The notes under the pieces: model-generated | The model's database searches: none | What the model was told of the DNA's origin: nothing | Seen by the model: the letters and a program-made list of their open reading frames with translations, nothing else | Part shown: one piece after another, positions 56,523 through 64,000 of the stretch | Layout: each line of letters opens with the position of its first letter | Position numbering within the stretch: position 1 is the first letter of the stretch | Translations under genes and position numbers: made by a program | DNA from: Octopus vulgaris | Taxonomy: Eukaryota | Length of the DNA: 64,000 nucleotides | Direction of reading: 5' to 3' | Assembly (NCBI GenBank): GCA_951406725.2 | Contig: OX597816.1 | Span: 71,858,001 to 71,922,000, forward strand

Positions 56523-56945
56523 ACTGTTAGTCTCTCTATCTCTCTGTCAGCCTGTCTCTCTCACTCTTAGTCTCTCTATCTCTCTGTCAGCCTGTCTCTC
56601 TCTCTCTCTCTCACTGTTAGTCTCTCTATCTCTCTGTCAGCCTGTCTCTCTCACTCTTAGTCTCTCTATCTCTCTGTCAGCCTGTCTCTCTCACTCTTAG
56701 TCTCTCTATCTCTCTGTCAGCCTGTCTCTCTCTCTCTCTCTCTCACTGTTAGTCTCTCTATCTCTCTGTCAGCCTGTCTCTCTCTCTCTCTCACTGTTAG
56801 TCTCTCTATCTCTCTGTCAGCCTATCTCTCTGTCAGCCTCTCTCTCTCTCTCTCTCACTGTTAGTCTCTCTATCTCTCTGTCAGCCTGTCTCTCTCTCTC
56901 ACTGTTAGTCTCTCTATCTCTCTGTCAGCCTGTCTTTCTCACTGT
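56520..56945. repeat. 40-50 bp minisatellite inside a (CT)n tract
   Basis: TTAGTCTCTCTATCTCTCTGTCAGCCTGTCTC(TC)nCACT repeated about 9 times within pyrimidine tract 56400-57270. Confidence 0.9.
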
Positions 56946-58082
56946 TTGTCTCTCTATCTCTCTGTCTGTCTCTCTCTCTCTCTCTCTCCCTCTCTCTCTC
57001 TCCCTCTACCTCTCTCTTGCTCTCTGTCTGTCTCTTGCTTTGTCCCTCTCACTCTCTATCTCTCTCCCCTTCTCTCCCCCTCTATTTACTTACCTGTCTG
57101 TCCGCCTGTCTCTGTCTGTCTCTCTCCCTTCTCACTTTCTCTCTTTCTCCCTCTCTCTCTCTGTTTGTCTCTGTCTGTCCATCCGTCCCTTCTTTTTGTC
57201 TCTCTCCCGTCTCTCTCCCGTCTCTCTCCCCATCTCTCTCTCCCTCTCTCTCTCCCATCTCTCTTTACCTCTTTGGTGGTGAAGCATTTGTAAAACGACA
57301 TTCAGTGAAGAGAAGCACTGAGCCACAAGGAATTCACAACCATTGCTTCCATGTGTATGCATGTGTGTGTGTGTGCGTCCATGTGTGCATGTGTGTGTAT
57401 ATGTGCATGTGTGTGTGTATGTGTCCATGTGTGTATGTGTCTGTGTTTGTGTGAGTGTGTATGTGTCCATTGTGTGTATGTGTCCATGTGTGTGTGTGTG
57501 TATGTGCTTATGTGTGTGCATGTGTGTGTTTGTATGTGTTTGTGTGGTTCTTGTCTTTGCCTTCAACTACCAGCACTGCCACCACCACTTGAATCCAGTG
57601 CTATGGATCCCTATGACTTAGCACTCCATCAAGAAAGACCTATAGAATAAGTACCAAACTTATTCTTAGGCCTACAAGGCAGTGCCTCAGCCTGGCCACC
57701 ATCCAACAACAGAAACAAACAAGATAAAAGACAAACCTCATAAGAGTTCCTTGAGGCATGAAATATATTCCAAGAATGCCTCAAAAGTAAAAACTTTGGA
57801 AAACACTGCATCAGAAATGTCGTTCAATCAATTACTTTGGTTATAAGTTAGTTAGCTACTCACCTACCGACTTACATTACTAACGTCTAAATTAGAGTAG
57901 TGAAACGCCCCCAGTATATGTAATCTGTATCAATAAAATCAATAATCTAGTTATTCAGCCAATACTTTTAACACTGTGTCATAGCTGCATATCATTATTC
58001 ACTTTTACATATATCTTCAAACAGCAAGCATATCAGATTGGTGTCAAGATAGAAGCAGAAAGATGGTTTTATTGAGAAATAT

Positions 58083-58497
58083 TACCTATTTCTTTACTAA
58101 GGGTCTAAACACAGAAGGGACAAACAAGGACAAACAAACGGATTAAGTCGATTATATTGACCCCAGTGCATAACTGGTACTTATTTAATTGACCCCAAAA
58201 GGATGAAAGGCAAAGTCAACCTGGGTGGAATTTGAACTCAGAACGCAGCGGCGGATGAAATACCTATTTCTTTACTACCCACAGGGGGCTAAACACAGAA
58301 GGGACAAACAGGGACAGACAAACGGATTAAGTCGATTATATTGACCCCAGTGCGTAACTGGTACTTATTTAATTGACCCCGAAAGGATGAAAGGCAAAGT
58401 CGACCTCGGCAGAATTTGAACTCAGAACGTAGCGGCAGACGAAATACTGCTAAGCATTTCGCCCGGTGTGCTAACGTTTCTACCAGCTCACCACCTT
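58083..58497 (-). mobile_element. SINE family A, internally duplicated form
   Basis: TACCTATTTCTTTACT starts at both 58083 and 58261; tRNA-like head at 58497. Confidence 0.85.
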
Positions 58498-59663
58498 ATT
58501 GAGAAACATTACCTGCCATGCATTACTTTCGTTGTCATCTTCATCACCATCATCATTGTCGTCATCGTCGTCATCATCATTTAATGTCCACTTTCCATGC
58601 TGGCATGGGTTAGATTGTTTGACTGGAACTGGTAAACTGGAGAGCTGCCCCAGGGTCCTGTCTGTTTTGGCATGGTTTCTATGGCTGGATGCTTTTCCTA
58701 ATGCCAACCATTTTACAGAGTGTAGGAAGTGTCTTTTACATGTCACCAGCACAGGTGCCTTGTATGTGTCACCAACACAGGTACCTATCAGGTATCACCA
58801 GCACGGATGCCTTGTACACGTCACTGGTACAGAGGTGTCTTTTATGTGTCACCATCACTGGCCATGACTACAATTCCACATGGTTTGACATGTCTTCTCA
58901 GCACAGCAAATCACCAAAGGCCTCAGTTACTTGTCATCACCTCTATGAGACCCAACATTCAAAGATCATATTTCACCATGTCATTTACTTGTTTCAGTCA
59001 CTTGACTGTGGTCATGCTGGGGTATTACCTTCAAGGAGAAATTTTTTGGACCTGGGTCTTACTTTATATCTACTTAACTATTTGATCTCTGATTCTCATG
59101 AAGTAACAGTTCTGCCACACTCATTTTTTACATTCACTGGTAATCTGTCGTTACCAGCGTCGCCTTACTGGCACGTGAACAAAACATTTGAGCGAGGTCG
59201 TTGCCAGTGCCGCCTGACTGGCCCCGTGCTGATGACACGTAAAAGCACCCACTACACTCTCGGAGTGGTTGGCGTTATGAAGGGCATCCAGCCATAGAAA
59301 CTCCGCCAGATCAGATTGGAGCCTGGTGCAGCCATCTGGTTCGCCAGTCCTCAGTCAAATCGTCCAACCCATGCTAGCATGGAAAGCAGATGTTAAATGA
59401 TGATGAGGAGGAGGAGGTTTTGTCTAGTTTTTCTCAACCACTTTTGCATCTCTGGAACCTCTTTGATTCCTATTTCACTCAGACAGATCCTCCTAGCCAT
59501 TCAATGTTTAAAAAATCCTATTATATTTTTATAGTTGAATATCATTAGGAAATGGCAACAACAACAGCAATAACAAAAATAACAATAACAATAATAACAA
59601 TAACAAGAAACAACATTGAAAAGTACCTTAGGAATGAGAACCCAGGTTTGAAACTTCTCCAAG

Positions 59664-59705
59664 ACACCTGATGAAGGCTGGAGGGTATATCAGCCGAAAC
59701 GTGTT
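59664..59705 (+). ncRNA. Hammerhead-like motif lacking an intact cleavage triplet
   Basis: ACAC CUGAUGA A GGCUG-GAGGGUAUAU-CAGCC GAAAC GUGU; helix I partner GUGU follows GAAAC directly. Confidence 0.5.
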
Positions 59706-60663
59706 AACAACAAACAAGATGAGGACAAATATCTGTCAAATGTAAATAATGTAAATAATGTCCTGAGGCTAGTGTATTGCTGTGCAAGGTGACTATTTCA
59801 AAGGAGATGGTGTTAAAACTTAGGTAAATGAATGATTATTTTTTTAATTAAATGTACCTAGTCTTGGAACTTTTTGGTAGCACCTCATAGAGGAATATCA
59901 TCATCATCATCATCATATAAATGAGTTTGTTTTTTGTTGCCAGTCTTCTGCAAACATCATGTTTAGGTATGGGAAATATTACTTTGGAAACAGATAAGGG
60001 TTGGAGACAGGTGATGGTGATGATGATGACGATGACAATGGTGATGATGACAACGATGGTGGTGGTAGTGGTGATGATGATGACCAACGATGATGGTGGT
60101 GATGGTGGGGAAGTTGGTGATGATGGTGACGATTATGATGATGATGGTGACAATTATGATGATGATGATGATGTCTGAAGAAAAAAAACCAGTTCTACAA
60201 AATCTTTTATCAGAATTATACTTGATCAGTGCTGATTCAAGACAATGGAACAAGGGTATATTTGTAGTTGTATTTTTTTTTATGCAAATTATTAAAAAAA
60301 TTTTCTAGGACAGAACTTTATAATTCCACAGCACATATACACACAAGTGAAAAAAAAGAATTTTTTTTCTCATTTGAAATTGCAATACAAAGAAAGAACA
60401 GAAAAATATCCAGATTAAGAGCCTCTCTGGTTAATTAATTAATTTTGGTGCTAAAATCAGTTTAAAGAGAGTACTGAATAACCGTTCAGTTAACCATGCG
60501 TTATAATAACATCATTGGTTTTCATAATGATTACTAATTAATATGTCATTAAATTCATTAGTTTAATTAAAGTTAATCAGATCTTTTTATAATTCTAGCT
60601 TGGACGAAACTAAACTTTTTTTTCTGAAGATTGAATTCTCAATTCATTTAAAGTCTACACCTG

Positions 60664-60696
<33 letters not shown>

Positions 60697-61409
60697 ATGT
60701 GCATGTGTGAGTGTGTGTGTGTGTATGTGTAAAAGAGTATGGGGAAATGCAAAGTATAGATATCACAGAATTGTGTTCAGATGAATGAAAACCCAGAATC
60801 TAACTCCTTTATCCAGGACAAGTAACTCTGGCATTGAAAATTGACTATAAGAATTAACTTTGTTGAGCTGTTATGGAGAAAGAAAGGCAGATAAACAGAA
60901 GTAGTTTTAATGTGTGTGTTTACATGAAATAAACATACAGAATAAGGAGGAAAGTATATGAAAGGAGTTGTGCAATAGTATTACATCGACAGATGTTTCA
61001 AGAGCACATGGCTTATGCTATAACCAAATTCATAATAAACTCCTGTAAATTTGTAAGGCAAAGCTAAGTCACCTTCACCAGAAGGAAAATAGTAAAGGCA
61101 TATTTCATAGCAGAGTTTACAAGCATAGAAATTTATAGAGAGTGGGGTAGTAAGGAAAGTATTTGAGGGAAGAGATAGAATGGTTACATAGCTGGCACAA
61201 TTAGGGAGAAGTTAATAGACTTAAAATATCAGTAGACATAAACCAGAGAAAGGATAGATAAAATCTATTGTGACAGCATTAAAGTTGTTGGGTGGTCTGC
61301 CAGACAATACAGAATAAGAGAGGCATAAGTAGAAAACATTAGTAGGACAATAAGCAGGTTTTAAAGAAAGATGGATACAAGTCAGTAGAGTTGTGCAGGG
61401 AAAGTAGGC

Positions 61410-61640
61410 ATGTTAGTGGTGAGGGAGGTAGATTGTTTTGTGGTGCTGTTTGAGAAAGAGCTCAGTTATATAATGTAGTAACACTTAAAATCTATCATAC
61501 TTCCAATGTAGACCCTGGCAGGGTGTATGTGTTGAGTTGTAATTATACATTTATACACAACATTGTAGTGCAAGCAATTGCCATTCAATGGACACAATTT
61601 GGGAACACTGAAATTGCAAGTTTTCTTATGGAGAGTAAAA
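61410..61640 (-). pseudogene. Penelope-like element GIY-YIG endonuclease remnant
   Basis: KKTCNFSVPKLCPLNGNCLHYNVVYKCIITTQHIHPARVYIGSMIDFKCYY, then frameshifted SSFSNSTTKQSTSLT: Cys-rich linker plus VVY...YIG...FK pattern. A partial GAAAC-AUCU-GUC motif lies downstream (60988-60999, minus). Confidence 0.75.
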
Positions 61641-62322
61641 TGTAGTCTCATCATGGTCAGTACTATTATTACTTTCATAGATGGAAACAGGGGTGCTAAT
61701 GTTACTTTTACCAGGATGGGAAGGGTTAGCTCATTTAAGATGAAGGAAATCATATTTATAACTATTGCAGATAGGTGGACCTAAATTATTACAGAGGGTA
61801 TAGATTATAATTAATCCAGTGTTTATGGCTACTTACATTTCTAGGACTGACACTGCATTATAATATTCACAGTATTACAGGTATTGTTGAATAATATAGC
61901 AATGGTGGTAGTATGTGTAACATTTGGGTGCTGATTTGTAGCACCCCTTGAGATATCAGAACAAGGGGAATTGTGGTTTGTATTCACAATACAGTATTCA
62001 CTGGTGTTAATGTTGCTATTGCAAGGGGTATTGGTGGTGTCTGACTCATTCTTAAAACTATGGATGAATTTGGTGTTACTACTAACATGGTTATAGTGGA
62101 CACCTGGTTGAGGTTTCTTGAGACTCGTCAGTAAGTGAAACAGTGATAATACATCACTGGTTTGGAGTAGTGGAATATGAAATTTTAATGAAATTTAATG
62201 AAGGATTTATTAAAGATGGTGTAGTACTTTAGCTGGTCTGGAAGTTGGAGTTGAACATTTTAAAGAAGAGTTTCAGAACAAATTTAATTTGAAGGGAGAA
62301 CATGTATATGTATATGTATATG

Positions 62323-62354
<32 letters not shown>

Positions 62355-63127
62355 TGTATGTATGTATGTATGTATGTATGTATGTATGTATGTATGCATG
62401 GATGCATGCATGTATGTACACACGTATGTATTTGAAGAATTAGAAGAAAGTCTCCAAAGACACACTCAACATGGAAACCAAATAATGAAATTGGGCATGT
62501 TTTGCACATTATTTTATCTTTCCTCATGAGGGGTGCCAACATTCATGGGGCATTGAAAATTTACAATAATCCAAAAGGACAGCATTGCCTTACATTGACT
62601 TAAAACTGGCCCTTCCTAAGAGGGAATTAACTAAATTCTCTGCATCAAGTACAATGAGCTCTTAGAAGACAGAGTTTTAATATAAACCATGTTAAGAATC
62701 TGCCAACAGCTGAGGGATTATGTAGCAGAGAATATGGAGCCTATCCCAGCTCTAAATTCTCTCCGGTGCATAATAAGGCAGTTCTAAGGGAGCCCAGTTT
62801 GTAGAAGTAATTGGAGAGAAGTGGGGTCAGAAATAGGGAAGCACCTAAGTTTCTCAATCCTGTATAGGTTATTCTTATTCCATTTGCTTATATATATATA
62901 TATATAATGTGTGTGAGTATATGTATTTGCATGTGTGCATGCATAGGGGCATGTGTATATCTGTGTTTTCAATTAGAATTACATAAAAAGAAAATTTCTA
63001 GTTAGTTTATGTTCCACAAAACATTTAAAATAAAATTGTTCAAATATTTCAATTTCACATTTACATTGACTTTTCTAAAGTTTACAACACGTATATATTT
63101 ATATATGTGTGTACGAATATATATATG

Positions 63128-63170
<43 letters not shown>

Positions 63171-63664
63171 CATATATATAAACATATACATATATGCATA
63201 TACATAAATATATATATATATCATCATCATCATCATCGTTTAATGTCCGCTTTCCATGCTAGCATATTGGACGGTTCAACTGGGGTCTGGGGAGCCGAAG
63301 GCTGCACCAGGCCAGTCAGATCTGGCAGTGTTTCTACAGCTGGATGCCCTTCCTAACGCCAACCACTCCGAGAGTGTAGTGGGTGATTTTATGTGCCACC
63401 GACACATATATATACATATATACATATATGTGTATATATATATATATATATAATAAACACATATATAAATATATATGTTATGGCGTTAGGAAGGGCATCC
63501 AGCTGTAGAAACTCTGCCAGATCAAGACTGGAGCCTGGTGCAGCCATCTGGTTCGTCAGCCCTCAGTCAAACCGTACAACACATGCTAGCATGGAAAGCG
63601 GACATTAAACGATGATGATTATATATATATGTATGTATGTATGTATGTATACATACATACATAC

Positions 63665-63764
<100 letters not shown>

Positions 63765-64000
63765 CACACACATGCATAAATTCAGAACACATATATACAA
63801 ACACATGCATGCAAATGCATACACAAATTAATAAATACACACACACATATACTTCAATGCATAAATAAAAATAGTTATTTCTCATGTTTTTCATCATATT
63901 ACCAGACAAAAGTTTTAAATTGGATTTTTGCTTGCCTGGATTGAAATCAAACATGATTACATATAATAAATCAATAGCTGTCGATTATCATCATCCTCAC

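Overview
AT-rich, microsatellite-saturated eukaryotic DNA with no confidently identifiable host protein-coding gene. The repeat landscape (four tRNA-derived SINE families, RTE and CR1 LINEs, long (TA)n/(CA)n/(GAT)n tracts) suggests a cephalopod, probably Octopus, intron or intergenic region; this is inferred, not database-verified. Nearly all ORF-track calls are microsatellite or SINE artefacts. Real coding remnants all belong to transposons: a young 5'-truncated RTE reverse transcriptase carrying a PHD-like finger (29.7-31.9 kb), a CR1 RT (45.6-46.6 kb), a Helitron Rep remnant with both termini (18.7-20.2 kb), three Tc1/mariner transposase remnants, a Penelope-type GIY-YIG remnant (61.4-61.7 kb) and a C2H2-finger LINE tail. 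The most striking signal is about a dozen type I hammerhead-ribozyme-like motifs from several sequence families. One is fully canonical (8496-8582, minus strand). Several sit in long foldback palindromes or in short non-coding units ending in (TA)n, consistent with Penelope-derived or retrozyme-like elements. All alignments and foldings were done by eye, so repeat boundaries are approximate.
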